From the NCBI GenBank assembly GCA_045563435.1, contig JBJLJD010000002.1:17992-81991 (forward strand): 64,000 nt of DNA. The letters run 5' to 3'. Below the pieces are notes generated by a model. That model saw only the letters and a list, made by a program, of their open reading frames with translations. It did no database searches and was not told where the DNA came from. This document shows, piece after piece, positions 63,878 to 64,000 of this stretch (position 1 is its first letter; each line of letters starts with the position of its first letter). The DNA is from Gammaproteobacteria bacterium. GTDB lineage: Bacteria > Pseudomonadota > Gammaproteobacteria > Magnimaribacterales > TMED112. The position numbers were made by a program, and so were the translations under genes.

Positions 63878-64000
63878 AAAAAGACTTAAAAGAAGCAATC
63901 AGTTGGTTAGAAAAAATTCTAGGCAACCATTCATTTCAGATTAGCCCACTAAGACAAGAAGCAAGCGAGAGAAGTTATTACAGAATAACTTTAAAAAACG
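63874..64000 (+). CDS. Partial N-terminus (42 codons) of a phosphotransferase-family kinase (AmgK-like), running off the window
   Basis: Open frame from TTG 63874: (M)KKDLKEAISWLEKILGNHSFQISPLRQEASERSYYRITLKN. The EASxRxYYR motif resembles the N-terminus of the aminoglycoside-phosphotransferase-fold kinases found divergent from lptD in Pseudomonas (from memory). Confidence 0.4.
   Translation, partial: MKKDLKEAISWLEKILGNHSFQISPLRQEASERSYYRITLKN

Overview
An AT-rich, very compact 64-kb stretch of core chromosome. It starts inside dnaA and runs through about 80 housekeeping genes. Spacers between the CDSs I call add up to only about 1.3 kb (about 2%), and many neighbouring genes overlap by 4-38 nt.

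Gene order is classically gammaproteobacterial and, from memory, Pseudomonas-like:
- dnaA-dnaN-recF-gyrB
- def-fmt-trkA-trkH
- tsaC-hemF-aroE
- a 10-gene aa3-type cytochrome c oxidase structural and biogenesis cluster
- gshA, pckA, dsbB, polA, engB, dsbA, cytochrome c5
- dapF-xerC-yigB
- tkt-pgk-fba
- acs
- ubiE-ubiB-tatABC
- miaB-ybeZ-ybeY-corC-lnt
- zapA-ssrS-5-FCL
- lptD-surA-pdxA-rsmA-apaH-cca

This fits a streamlined, probably marine, gammaproteobacterium, which is inference only. I found no tRNA or rRNA genes, CRISPR arrays, transposases, prophage genes or recognisable defence islands, and I do not see a convincing multi-gene novel system.

The signals the ORF track does not explain are small:
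1. A GC-rich two-hairpin RNA with its own promoter and terminator, followed by two tandem mini-ORFs, in the only large spacer (53056-53440).
2. A consensus promoter overlaid by four 11-bp-phased ATGT repeats in front of an orphan secreted 98-aa protein.
3. A 6S RNA whose closing stem reaches into the next CDS.
4. Three sub-60-aa genes missing from the track: a yheV-like gene, a ubiK-like gene and tatA.
5. Lineage oddities: GyrB without the proteobacterial insertion, an alpha2-type GlyRS at the glyQS locus, a Cys/His-free SCO1 paralog, Cca without an HD domain, and conserved operons with members missing.

All protein identities rest on motifs and synteny recognised by eye. No database search was possible.
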